From positions 1 through 64,000 of the forward strand of contig JAEOTZ010000016.1 in the NCBI GenBank assembly GCA_016839585.1: a DNA stretch of 64,000 nucleotides. The letters are read 5' to 3'. Under the pieces are notes generated by a model. The model had not been told where the DNA came from. It saw only the letters and a list, made by a program, of their open reading frames with translations, and did not search any database. The translations under genes were made by a program, and so were the position numbers. This document shows positions 39,395 through 49,619 of this stretch, piece after piece; the stretch's first letter is position 1, and the number at the start of each line of letters is the position of its first letter. The stretch is from Promethearchaeota archaeon (GTDB lineage: Archaea; Asgardarchaeota; Lokiarchaeia; Sigyniarchaeales; SOKP01).

Positions 39395-40540
39395 CTAATG
39401 TTTTAAATTCGCAGAAACCCAGTCGTAATAACCTTTATCATCCAATTCTTTTGGAACTGCTTCAAAGAATTGATTTGTTATATCTTTTAAATGTTTTGCG
39501 GCGACAGGGTGAAACATCATAGCTAGATCAAGTCCTACAAGTGTCAAGCTTAAAGCATTAAGAATCTCCCAAATAGGGCCTCTATATTGTCTTAAACCCC
39601 ATCCTGGTGCTGTTTTTTCACTCATCCATGCTTCCCTAGCACCCCACGCGTTAGTTGTTCCACCACTTATGGGATACGCTAAGTCAGTTTCACCAAGCAG
39701 TCCTGCGATACGCATTCTTTGATAAATGCTGAAAGAGTATTCTAGGCCATATCCTAAAGTTGCGCATGTTGGATCCATTACTATTCGGTTAGGAGGGAGT
39801 CCAAGTTCAAGAGCATCCTTGTTCATCTTGATCTGATTGTTTAAATCCAAGCTAGTCCACAATAAACAATTATGATCATATTTCACGGCTAGAGGGATAA
39901 CATCCTCCCAAGTTGCCTTATCTGCTGCCGAAAGCATTAATACTTCGCTTTCTGAAATTTCAGCAAGTACTTGAAACATCTCAACATCCTTTTTCTTGTT
40001 TCCAGAACATCCAATAATAACTGGTACATCAACTGCCTGGAGAATTTCTTCAAAAAGCTTTTTAGATTTTGATACTGGCCAATCTAATGTTCCTGGATCA
40101 ATCCCTAGAGAGTGAAATGTAACACATTCGGCGCCGAATTTATCAACTGCAAATTTTGCCCAAGCAGCAGGATCTCCAAGAACATCTTTATATTCCAGTT
40201 TAATAGGTTTTGGTAAAATCATTTCAGCACCCATATCGAAGACATCATAGGTTACTAATGGTGGATTAGGATTTCTTTTATCAACTCCTAAGAAGTTATA
40301 AAAAGGAGGGACAACCTCACCGCCAATAACAGCTTTTTTCCCATTAGAGCGTATAAATTCGACAGTTTCGATTTTTCCTGGAAAATCTACATCCAGTGAG
40401 AATTTAGTTGGAGTCCATTCTGCAATTCCCGGTAAAACTGCTTGAGCTGCTCCAGCAACCATACCTGGTAAGACCTGAAATTCTAAGTATTCAGCAAACA
40501 AATCAACATCTACAAGTTCCATAGATTCAGTATCTTTCAT
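39395..40540 (-). CDS. cdhD: CO dehydrogenase/acetyl-CoA synthase delta subunit (corrinoid Fe-S protein small subunit)
   Basis: IVMDPTCATLGYGLEYS, NAWGAREAW, MMFHP; may start at ATT 40579. Confidence 0.92.
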   Translation of the reverse strand: MKDTESMELVDVDLFAEYLEFQVLPGMVAGAAQAVLPGIAEWTPTKFSLDVDFPGKIETVEFIRSNGKKAVIGGEVVPPFYNFLGVDKRNPNPPLVTYDVFDMGAEMILPKPIKLEYKDVLGDPAAWAKFAVDKFGAECVTFHSLGIDPGTLDWPVSKSKKLFEEILQAVDVPVIIGCSGNKKKDVEMFQVLAEISESEVLMLSAADKATWEDVIPLAVKYDHNCLLWTSLDLNNQIKMNKDALELGLPPNRIVMDPTCATLGYGLEYSFSIYQRMRIAGLLGETDLAYPISGGTTNAWGAREAWMSEKTAPGWGLRQYRGPIWEILNALSLTLVGLDLAMMFHPVAAKHLKDITNQFFEAVPKELDDKGYYDWVSANLKH

Positions 40541-40845
40541 TAATTCTGCTAATTTTTTACTAAGTTCTTCGAAAGAAATTTTACATCACGATGATTAATT
40601 TTTTGATATTTTGATAGATATGAAATTATTAAATAGAATATAAAATTGACTGTTAGAAATCGATCAGTTTACAACGATTTTACTCATTTCTAGCTAAATT
40701 GAAAATTTTAGAAGTGATAAATTTATGAAAATGAAAATCCTTTAAATATGGTTCATGTCGGATTTAGTTTATTTAAAATCTTTTATAATTTCGGCTTTTA
40801 AATAAAGTGCACTTAATAAAAAAAGAGTAGATATGAAATTGTAAC

Positions 40846-41361
40846 TTATTTAATTCTCTTCATTTTTCTCTTATATAACACAATAATTAATCCTAAGGCA
40901 AAAATTAATGAGAAAATAAAAATTGGTAGCTGATATCCAGGAATTTGGGGAAGATAATACCGTGTTAAATCTTGTGTACAAATTAATGTAAAAGTATCAG
41001 GTCCTCCACTGATTAAAATAATTTCAATATAATAAATTTTTTCTACTGGAGCTGTATAATTAATATAAGGATTATCATCCAGATTATAAGCTACACTGTC
41101 GTTAAAAATTTTAATATTAAGAGTATTATCATTTCTTACATAGGAATTAGTTGGTCTTTTATTAAATAGAAAAAGAGTGAAATTTCCACTTCCTACATGG
41201 GTTACATTTAGCTCAATATTTTCATCTACATCTAAATCGACTAAAAAGAAAACATAATTACCATTTTTTACATTATCTACGTATGTGAACGCCAATATAT
41301 TAGTAATTGGAAATGATAATAGAAAAATTGAGCCTAGTAGAAATAATTTTTTATAATTCAT
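40846..41361 (-). CDS. secreted protein with IPGY/Loki-CTERM sorting signal
   Basis: signal peptide; C-terminal IPGY + TM + KRKMKR. Confidence 0.78.
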   Translation of the reverse strand: MNYKKLFLLGSIFLLSFPITNILAFTYVDNVKNGNYVFFLVDLDVDENIELNVTHVGSGNFTLFLFNKRPTNSYVRNDNTLNIKIFNDSVAYNLDDNPYINYTAPVEKIYYIEIILISGGPDTFTLICTQDLTRYYLPQIPGYQLPIFIFSLIFALGLIIVLYKRKMKRIK

Positions 41362-41543
41362 ACACGGATATACCTTTCTTTTATTGAAATAGATATTAAA
41401 TATAACATTTTATAATTATTTATTTTTTATAATCTTATTTTAAAAAGAATTAAAGTCCAATTTATACAAATTAAATTTAGAAATTTTTTTCAATTATCGT
41501 TATATTTTAAAATTAGTAGTTAGAAGAATTAGTTGAATTAATC

Positions 41544-42425
41544 ATGGAAAATTATTTTCTGGAAAATTTAGATTTTGAGAAATATCATGGATTAGGAAAT
41601 GATTATATTCTTTTGAATGATATTAAATGGAATATTCCTGAGAAAAAGAAATCAGAATTAGCGATTAAATTATGTAAAACTCATTTTTCAATTGGTGCAG
41701 ATGGTCTTATTTTTGTACGTAATTCCGAAAATGCAGATATTAGAATGCGTATTTTCAATAATAATGGATTAGAAGCAGAGATGTGTGGAAATGGAATTAG
41801 ATGTTTTTCAAAATACATTTATGAGAATAATATTGTAAGAAAAGATCAGATTAATATTGAAACTCTTAAGGGGCTAATTAGGGCTGAGCTTAATGTTGTA
41901 AACAATAAAGTAAAAAGTATACAAATTGATATGGGTTCTCCCATTTTAGAATGTGAAAAAATTCCTGTTATTTCGGATGATAATATTGATAAATGTATTA
42001 ATGAGCCAATAGTGATTTTGGATAAAATTTTTAACTTCACAGCAGTTTCAATGGGGAATCCTCATGCGATTATATTTGTAAATGAACAATTAGATGATGA
42101 TAAATTAAATAAGTATGGAGCAGCAATAGAATCCCATGAACGTTTTCCAAATAAGGTAAATGTCGAGTTTGTTAAAGTCTTATCTAAACATGAAGCAATT
42201 TTAAGGGTATTTGAAAGAGGAGTAGGGATAACGAATTCATGTGGAACAGGAACATGCGCAGCTGTAGTAGCAGGATCTATTCTAGGGCTTTTTGATAAAA
42301 ATAGTCCGATAATTGTTCATAATGATGGAGGAGATTTAATAATAACTTATGATGGGAAAAAAGTATTCATGGAAGGCCCTATTGAAAAGGTTTTCAAAGG
42401 TGTAATTGAAAAAATTGAATTATAA
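41544..42425 (+). CDS. dapF: diaminopimelate epimerase
   Basis: KYHGLGNDY, EMCGNG, MGNPH, ERGVG..SCGTG. Confidence 0.96.
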   Translation: MENYFLENLDFEKYHGLGNDYILLNDIKWNIPEKKKSELAIKLCKTHFSIGADGLIFVRNSENADIRMRIFNNNGLEAEMCGNGIRCFSKYIYENNIVRKDQINIETLKGLIRAELNVVNNKVKSIQIDMGSPILECEKIPVISDDNIDKCINEPIVILDKIFNFTAVSMGNPHAIIFVNEQLDDDKLNKYGAAIESHERFPNKVNVEFVKVLSKHEAILRVFERGVGITNSCGTGTCAAVVAGSILGLFDKNSPIIVHNDGGDLIITYDGKKVFMEGPIEKVFKGVIEKIEL

Positions 42426-42487
42426 GTATTATTTAACACTTGTAAGAATTAGTTTAAATTGTATTAGAATTCTGAGGTATTGAAAAA

Positions 42488-43801
42488 ATGGAGTATACAG
42501 AATGGTTAAAATACAAGGATTTAGAATATCGAGATGGAATATTATATTTTGAGAATGTAAACACATTAGATTTAGCCAAAAAATATGGAACTCCTTGTTA
42601 TATTATTAATGAAAATATGATTCGAAAACGATATAATGAATTAAAAAATATTATTGATTCTGAATACATAAAAAATGATATACACTTTGCTGTGAAGGCA
42701 AATTCAAATATATCTATTCTAAAAATCCTTGATTCTGAGGGATCACATTTCGATTGTACGTCAAGAGGAGAAATTTACACATGTCTTAAAGCAGGGATAT
42801 TCCCAGAGAAAATCATTTATACAGGAAACATGTTTACCAATGAAGACTTCGAATTTGCTATTATAAATGGTGTTGTTGTTAATTTAGATAGTCTTAGTCA
42901 ACTAGAAAGGTTAGAAAGAGCATATAATAAATTAAAAAAAGAAAAAAAACCAGTATCTTTTAGAATAAATCCTGAATTTGGAGCCGGACATCATATTCAT
43001 GATATTACTGCTGGAAAAGATATTAAGTTTGGAATCTTAGAAGATCAAGTTATTGAAGCATATAAGAAAGCGAGGGAATTGGGCTTTAGGGATTTTGGTA
43101 TTCACCAACATATTGGGTCTGGGATAAATAATCCTTATGATTTTGAAAGAGCTACTAAGAAATTTCTATCAATTATCAAAAAAATTATTGACTCACTCCA
43201 TATTAAGTTTAAATTTATAGATTTTGGCGGAGGTTTGGGAATTCCTTATCATCCAGAAGAAGACCCTTTAGATTTAGATCTTTACAAAGAAATAGTTATT
43301 AAACCATTTAAAGAATTAGTTAACACTGAAGATATTGGAGAGCCTATATTTAAAATTGAACCAGGAAGATATTTATCTGCTGAATCAAGCATTATTTTAA
43401 CTCAAATAAACACAATAAAAGATAATGGATATAAATTATTTGCAGGGATAAATGCTGGATTTAACACTTTGATAAGACCGACGATGTATAATTCCTATCA
43501 CCATATAATCGTTTGCAACAAAAAAGAAAAAGTTAGAAAATTAAAGTATGATATCGCAGGACCTATATGTGAATCTGGAGATATTCTAGGAAAAGAAAGA
43601 GATTTACAAGAGTTAAAGGAACAAGATTATCTTGCTATTCTTGATACAGGTGCTTATGGTTTTACGATGAGTAGTACATATAATTCAAGACCCCGACCTG
43701 CTGAAATTTTAATTAAAAATGGACGATCATTCAAAATTCGAGAAGCAGAATCTTACGATAATTTATTAAAACTTCAAATAATTCCTGATCATCTCAAGTA
43801 A
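42488..43801 (+). CDS. lysA: diaminopimelate decarboxylase
   Basis: FAVKAN, HIGS, EPGR, GPICESGD, GAYG. Confidence 0.96.
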   Translation: MEYTEWLKYKDLEYRDGILYFENVNTLDLAKKYGTPCYIINENMIRKRYNELKNIIDSEYIKNDIHFAVKANSNISILKILDSEGSHFDCTSRGEIYTCLKAGIFPEKIIYTGNMFTNEDFEFAIINGVVVNLDSLSQLERLERAYNKLKKEKKPVSFRINPEFGAGHHIHDITAGKDIKFGILEDQVIEAYKKARELGFRDFGIHQHIGSGINNPYDFERATKKFLSIIKKIIDSLHIKFKFIDFGGGLGIPYHPEEDPLDLDLYKEIVIKPFKELVNTEDIGEPIFKIEPGRYLSAESSIILTQINTIKDNGYKLFAGINAGFNTLIRPTMYNSYHHIIVCNKKEKVRKLKYDIAGPICESGDILGKERDLQELKEQDYLAILDTGAYGFTMSSTYNSRPRPAEILIKNGRSFKIREAESYDNLLKLQIIPDHLK

Positions 43802-43914
43802 AATATTCATTTATGTTTCTTAGATAAAAAAAAATAAAAATATTACTGATTTTTATTATTACGAGATAAAATTATAAAAGTGAGAATATTTAAGGCTTGG
43901 ATACCCTTTATATA

Positions 43915-43988
43915 TTCTTAATGAAGAGTTGGCATTATGAAATCTATATTATTGGGTTAATGATAATACTGATCTGCTCTGATATATT
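43915..43988 (+). ncRNA. candidate C/D-box sRNA
   Basis: C ATGAAGA 43921-27, D' ATGA 43937-40, internal hairpin, C' ATGATAA 43960-66, D CTGA 43979-82; lies between convergent lysA and dapB. Confidence 0.4.
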
Positions 43989-44045
43989 TTTATAATTTTA
44001 TCTCATTTTCTAAAATGAACTTCACTATGTGAAAATACTTTAGAA

Positions 44046-44867
44046 TCATAAACCCAAAACTTCAGCTGTGCTATAAATCTTACTTTCTTTTGCTTTAACA
44101 ATGAATTTAATTGCATTAATTGCACCTGTAGCAAAACAAAGCCTACTATGAGCCTGATGTTTTAATTCAATTCTTTCTCCAGACCCTCCAAATAGTACAA
44201 TATGATCACCAACAATATCACCTGCCCTAATTGAATGAATCCCAATTTCATTTTTTGCCCCTAGTAACCGCTTATTAGGTCCCTTATTACGTCCAAATTT
44301 AGCTATAGCTGAAAAATCAGAACCTAAAGTATTACTAATAAGTTGTCCAGTTTTCAGAGCAGTTCCACTTGGGGCATCAATTTTTCTATGATGATGTGCT
44401 TCAATTATTTCAATATCCCATTCTGATAGATAGTTAGCTAATACTGAAGCCATTTTAAAGAAAATATTCACACCAGTTGCCATGTTTGGCGAAATTACAG
44501 CAGGCGCATTATGTTCTTTAACTAATTTTTCGAATTTATTGAGAAAATCTTGAGATAATGCTGTTGTTCCAATAATACATCGAATACTATTCTTCACACA
44601 AGTTTCACTATTTTTTTCTGTTGCTTTTGCAACTGTAAAATCAACCGCTACATCAGGATTCGTTTTTTCGATAACATTTTGAAGGTTATTTACATTATTA
44701 ATTTTTACTTTATTTGGATCTTTTGTGGCTACATAAGCTCCTAACTCTTCTCCAATATTGCTTACATCGCAAGCAGCCACTACTTCAATATCACCATCAT
44801 TTAAGGCTAATTTACTTATAATTTTTCCCATTGCCCCCGTTGGACCTAAAATTAATAACTTAATCAA
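44046..44867 (-). CDS. dapB: 4-hydroxy-tetrahydrodipicolinate reductase
   Basis: GPTGAMG, IGTT, EAHHHRKIDAPSGTA. Confidence 0.96.
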   Translation of the reverse strand: MIKLLILGPTGAMGKIISKLALNDGDIEVVAACDVSNIGEELGAYVATKDPNKVKINNVNNLQNVIEKTNPDVAVDFTVAKATEKNSETCVKNSIRCIIGTTALSQDFLNKFEKLVKEHNAPAVISPNMATGVNIFFKMASVLANYLSEWDIEIIEAHHHRKIDAPSGTALKTGQLISNTLGSDFSAIAKFGRNKGPNKRLLGAKNEIGIHSIRAGDIVGDHIVLFGGSGERIELKHQAHSRLCFATGAINAIKFIVKAKESKIYSTAEVLGL

Positions 44868-44885
44868 AAAATCCCCTCATAGATA

Positions 44886-45800
44886 TTAGATTATGTTTAA
44901 CTTTTTTAAAACTATATTAATTTTTTCTTGATTCTCTGGTAGTGGAGGCGTTAATGGTAATTTCATCCTTTTATTCATTATTCCCATTAATTCTGCAGCA
45001 TATTTAACAGGACCAGGATTAGTCTCTATAAATAATACCTTAAAAAGATCAAATAAATCTAACTGCATATCTCTTGCATTATCCCAATTGCCATTATTCA
45101 TAAATCGTGTAAACTCTACCATCTTAGCAGGTATAATATTTGAAGCTACACTAATAACTCCTTTTCCACCTAATGCCATAATGTGATAAGTTAGACTATC
45201 ATCTCCACTTAGAACAATAAAATCATCTGGAGTTGTTTTAATTATCTTCGTTATTTGGTCTATATTTCCACTGGCACATTTTATCCCAGCTATGTTATCT
45301 TTAGAAGACGCTAATGTAGAAACTGTTTCAGGTTCTAAATTCCTGCCAGTACGGCTAGGGACATTATATAAAATTATTGGCAATGAAACAGAATCGGCAA
45401 CAGCAGAAAAGTGGTCAACTAAAGAATGTTGAACAGGCTTATTATAATAGGGTACAACTAATAATAATCCATCTGCTCCTACTTTTTCAGCATATTGTGA
45501 TAAAGAAATGGCTTCTTTAGTAGAATTACTCCCTGTCCCAGCTAATATAAATGTATTTTTTTCAACCTTTTTTGCTTCATCAACTGCAATACTAATTGCT
45601 TGATGGTGTTCTTCATGTGATAAAGTTGCACTTTCTCCAGTTGTTCCCATTGTCAAGATTTGACAATCATTTTTAATTTGAAACCTAATAAATTCTCTAT
45701 ACTTTTTTTCATCTATTGTAAAATCCTCCTCGAAGGGAGTAATTAATGCTGTAATAACACCACTTAATTTTTTTAAATTAGACATAGTAAATTTTTCCAA
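44886..45800 (-). CDS. dapA: 4-hydroxy-tetrahydrodipicolinate synthase
   Basis: GTTGES, PYYNKP, YNVPSRT, GIK, ETNPGPVK. Confidence 0.96.
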   Translation of the reverse strand: MEKFTMSNLKKLSGVITALITPFEEDFTIDEKKYREFIRFQIKNDCQILTMGTTGESATLSHEEHHQAISIAVDEAKKVEKNTFILAGTGSNSTKEAISLSQYAEKVGADGLLLVVPYYNKPVQHSLVDHFSAVADSVSLPIILYNVPSRTGRNLEPETVSTLASSKDNIAGIKCASGNIDQITKIIKTTPDDFIVLSGDDSLTYHIMALGGKGVISVASNIIPAKMVEFTRFMNNGNWDNARDMQLDLFDLFKVLFIETNPGPVKYAAELMGIMNKRMKLPLTPPLPENQEKINIVLKKLNII

Positions 45801-46010
45801 TTAAATAGGTTTAATTTTTGAATAATAAATTATGCAAACTTCTATAATCATTTTTTTTAAATAAATTAATTTAAAAGTTGTCTTTTTTAAAAAAAAAAAG
45901 CAATTTTTAACTAATCATTTAATAAAAAATTAAATACAACTTCTATTATTGGAATTATGACGTATTTATCTTAAAATTTTTAATAAATTTGATTTTAGAG
46001 AAAAAGAACA

Positions 46011-49000
46011 TTGAATGAAAAAAATTCTTTATCAGAAGCTTTTGAAAGCAGAGTTTTAGATTCTATTTCTGAGCACGTTATTTATTATAATAAGGATTTT
46101 GAGATTAAATGGGCAAATAGAGCCGCTGCGGATTCTGTAAATTTATCACCCTTAGAATTAATCGGTAAAAAATGTTATAGTATATGGCAAAACAGAATTT
46201 CCCCATGTGAAAATTGTCCTGTATTAGATGCGCTTAAAACAGGTAAATCTAATTCAGTAGAAATGATTACTCCCGATGGAAGAGTCTGGCTTATTAAAGG
46301 AAATCCTGTTTATAATAAAAATGAGAAAATTATTGGGGCAGTTGAAATTACTCGCGAAATAACAGACTTAAAAGAGGTAGAACAAAAATTAATAGCTTCT
46401 CAAGAGAATTATCGGAATTTAATCGAACGATCAAAAGATGCGATTTTTCTAGTAAATTTAAAAAATGAGATATTATTTGCTAACCAAGCTTGTTATGATA
46501 TCTTTGGATATACCCCTGAAGAATTTTTAACAATTCAGGGACTTGTCAGACGTATTCTTCATCCTAAATATGAACAACAGTTTGAAGATTTTTGGAAAAA
46601 TTATGAAATAACAAAATTTTTTCCAGAAAATACCACAGAATGGGCATGGATAAAAAAGGATGGAGAATTAGTGTATACAGAAAATATTTTTTTTAATATT
46701 TTAGATGAGAAAAAACTTGTTATTGGTTTTGGAACTGTAGCTCGGAACATTACGCTGCGTAAAAAAGTTGAAAAAAAATTAAGGGAATCTGAAGAGAAAT
46801 ATCGTAATCTTATAAATAATATTTTGGATCAAATAATAGAAACAGATTTAGATGGAACAATAACCTTTATTAGTCCTCAAGTTTATGATCTTTTTGGTTA
46901 TAAGCCAGAAGAGGTGATTGGCAGAAGAAGTATCCAATTTGTACATCCCGATGATATTAATATTATCAAAGAAGCAATGGAAAAATCAATTAAATCCGGA
47001 GAAATGATATCTTCAGAGTATAGATTAAAACATAAAAATGGGTATTATGTGAACGTAGCATCAAGAGGGAGGCTTATTAAAAGAGGTGATGATCATAAAC
47101 TTATTGCAGTAATTAGAGACATCACAGCACAAAAAAGGGCAGAAAAAAAAATTAGAGATTCAGAACTACAATATAGGACTACACTTAATTCAATTGGGGA
47201 TCCTTTGCATGTTGTAGATAAAAATTTGAGAATAATTTTAATAAATCCAGCAATGAAAAAATGGCTCGATGATCTAAATCTTATTAGAGATGTAAAAAAT
47301 CAAAAGTTAGATGAAATTTTTACATTCTTGCCTAAAAATGTTTTTAAAGAATATGAGGAAGTATTTACAACAGGTCAGCCAATTTTAACTGAAGATGAGA
47401 CAAAAATAGAAGAGAAAATATATTATACTGAAACTCGAAAGATTCCAATATTTAGAGAAGGAGAAGTCCATCAGATAATTACATTTATCCGTGATATAAC
47501 TGATCGTAAGGAAGCTGATTTACTGTTAAAAGAATCTGAAGAGAAATATCGAAATATTCTCGAAAATATGATGGAAGGATATTATGAAACTGATCTTATA
47601 GGAAATCTTGTTTATGTCAATATTGAATATTGTAAAATAATGGGATATTCAAAGGAAGAAATAATAGGAAAGAATTATCGCTTACTATATGATACAAACT
47701 CATCCGAAATTTTGTTCAATATGTTCAACCAAGTTTATAAAACAGGGATTCCTCGTCCTCCAACAGGAGTAGTTAAAGTAATAACAAAAAAGAAGAAACT
47801 AATCTATTTTGAAGGATCAGTTGATTTATTATACGATTCTAAAGGAAATAAGGTCGGATTTTATGGTCTTGTTCGGGATATTACGAAAAGGAAAATTGCC
47901 GAGCAAAAATTAAAAAAATCTGAAGAAAAATATCGTTCTTTGTTTGAAAATATGAACGCAGGATTTGCTCTTCATGAGGTCATGGTTGATGATAACAATA
48001 AACCAGTTGATTATAGATATATTGAAGTGAATCCTGCTTTTGAAAAGCTTACAGGAATGAAAAAAGAAGATCTAATTGGAAAGACTGTAACTGAAGCAAT
48101 TCCAGGAACAGAGAATGATCCTGCGGATTGGATTGGCAAATTTGGAGGGGTGGGATTAACAGGAATTCCAATAACAGTTGAAGATTATTCAGAAGCATTT
48201 GATCGATGGTATAAAGTCTCAGGATATTCTCCTAAGAAGGGTTATTTTGCTGTGACTTTTACTGATATAACTGAGCGCAAGAAGGCAGAAGAAGCTTTAA
48301 AAGAATCAGAGGAAAAGTTCAGAACGATTGCCGAACAATCATTTATGAGTATTATTATCTTACAAGATGGCATTTTAAAATATTTTAATGAAAGATTTCC
48401 AAAAGGTAATAGATATTCACCCGAAGAAATAAAAAATTGGAAACCGTATGAATTTGCTAAGCTCATACATCCTGATGATAGAGATTTTGTTATGGACCAA
48501 GCTAGAAAAAAAGCGATTGGAGAAAAAGGCGTAATTGAACAATATAAGTATCGCATAATAAGGAAAGATGGAGAAATTAGATGGCTTGAAAATTTTTCAA
48601 AAACAATTAATTATAAAGGAAGACCAGCCGATTTCATAATGTCAATAGACATTACAGAACAAATAAATGCTGAAAAGCAATTAAAAAAATCAGAAAAAAA
48701 ATATCGGGAAGCTTTTAATCGATCTAATTTTTATAAGGACTTAATTGCCCACGATATAAACAACATTCTTCAAAACATCTTATCTTCTGTTGAATTGAGT
48801 TTCCTTTATTTGGAAGAAGAGAAAGATTTAAATGAATTAAAACAAATGTTGAAAATATCTAAACAACAAGTTAGTAGGGCGGCTAATTTAATCTCAAATA
48901 CCCGAAAATTGTCAAGATTGGAAGATATAAAAATTTTCACCCAACCCATAGAAGCCATTGAAGTATTGAACAAATCAATAGAATTCCTACTTAAAAGTTA

Positions 49001-49418
49001 CCAAGACAAAAAAATTAAACTTGACGTTGAAAATCCTTATAAAACAATTATGGTTCAAGGAAACGAGCTTTTAATAGATGTTTTTGAAAATATTTTAATC
49101 AATGCTGTAAAACATAATCAGAATTCGCCCATTGATATAATGATTAAGGTTTCAAGCATTCAAAAGGAAGGATTAGACTTTTTTAAATTTGAATTTAAAG
49201 ATAACGCAATTGGTATTCCTGAGGTCAATAAAGAGTTGATTTTTCAGAGAGTGATCAATACAGAAAAGACTGTTAGTGGAATGGGGATTGGGTTATCGCT
49301 TGTGAAAAAGATATTAGATATTTATGAGGGTCAAATATGGGTTGAGGATAAAGTTCAGGGAGACTATTCAAGGGGAAGTAATTTTATTGTATTGATTCCT
49401 GAGGTGAAAACAAACTAG
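46011..49418 (+). CDS. multi-PAS (about 7) sensor histidine kinase
   Basis: repeated PAS/PAC modules, HDINNILQ H-box, N-box, GMGIGL. Confidence 0.93.
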   Translation: MNEKNSLSEAFESRVLDSISEHVIYYNKDFEIKWANRAAADSVNLSPLELIGKKCYSIWQNRISPCENCPVLDALKTGKSNSVEMITPDGRVWLIKGNPVYNKNEKIIGAVEITREITDLKEVEQKLIASQENYRNLIERSKDAIFLVNLKNEILFANQACYDIFGYTPEEFLTIQGLVRRILHPKYEQQFEDFWKNYEITKFFPENTTEWAWIKKDGELVYTENIFFNILDEKKLVIGFGTVARNITLRKKVEKKLRESEEKYRNLINNILDQIIETDLDGTITFISPQVYDLFGYKPEEVIGRRSIQFVHPDDINIIKEAMEKSIKSGEMISSEYRLKHKNGYYVNVASRGRLIKRGDDHKLIAVIRDITAQKRAEKKIRDSELQYRTTLNSIGDPLHVVDKNLRIILINPAMKKWLDDLNLIRDVKNQKLDEIFTFLPKNVFKEYEEVFTTGQPILTEDETKIEEKIYYTETRKIPIFREGEVHQIITFIRDITDRKEADLLLKESEEKYRNILENMMEGYYETDLIGNLVYVNIEYCKIMGYSKEEIIGKNYRLLYDTNSSEILFNMFNQVYKTGIPRPPTGVVKVITKKKKLIYFEGSVDLLYDSKGNKVGFYGLVRDITKRKIAEQKLKKSEEKYRSLFENMNAGFALHEVMVDDNNKPVDYRYIEVNPAFEKLTGMKKEDLIGKTVTEAIPGTENDPADWIGKFGGVGLTGIPITVEDYSEAFDRWYKVSGYSPKKGYFAVTFTDITERKKAEEALKESEEKFRTIAEQSFMSIIILQDGILKYFNERFPKGNRYSPEEIKNWKPYEFAKLIHPDDRDFVMDQARKKAIGEKGVIEQYKYRIIRKDGEIRWLENFSKTINYKGRPADFIMSIDITEQINAEKQLKKSEKKYREAFNRSNFYKDLIAHDINNILQNILSSVELSFLYLEEEKDLNELKQMLKISKQQVSRAANLISNTRKLSRLEDIKIFTQPIEAIEVLNKSIEFLLKSYQDKKIKLDVENPYKTIMVQGNELLIDVFENILINAVKHNQNSPIDIMIKVSSIQKEGLDFFKFEFKDNAIGIPEVNKELIFQRVINTEKTVSGMGIGLSLVKKILDIYEGQIWVEDKVQGDYSRGSNFIVLIPEVKTN

Positions 49419-49441
49419 CCTTAGTTTTTATTGTTGAATAG
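49415..49441 (+). pseudogene. relic of a response-regulator 5' end
   Basis: cta gcc tta gtt ttt att gtt gaa TAG after GAGGTG mirrors ata gct tcg gtt ttc att gtt gag gat after GAGGTG at 51912-51952. Confidence 0.55.
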
Positions 49442-49619
49442 GAATAGAATACTAATTTTTATGATTCGTATATAAGCCCTATTGATAATGTTAAGAATAA
49501 TAATTAAAAAGTTTTTCTCCTTTTCATTTTTAAAAAAGATTAAATAAAAATTCTATTATAAAATTTTCAAAAGACTTGAATGAACATTTTTTTAAATTAA
49601 CAATTTCCTCTGATATAAT

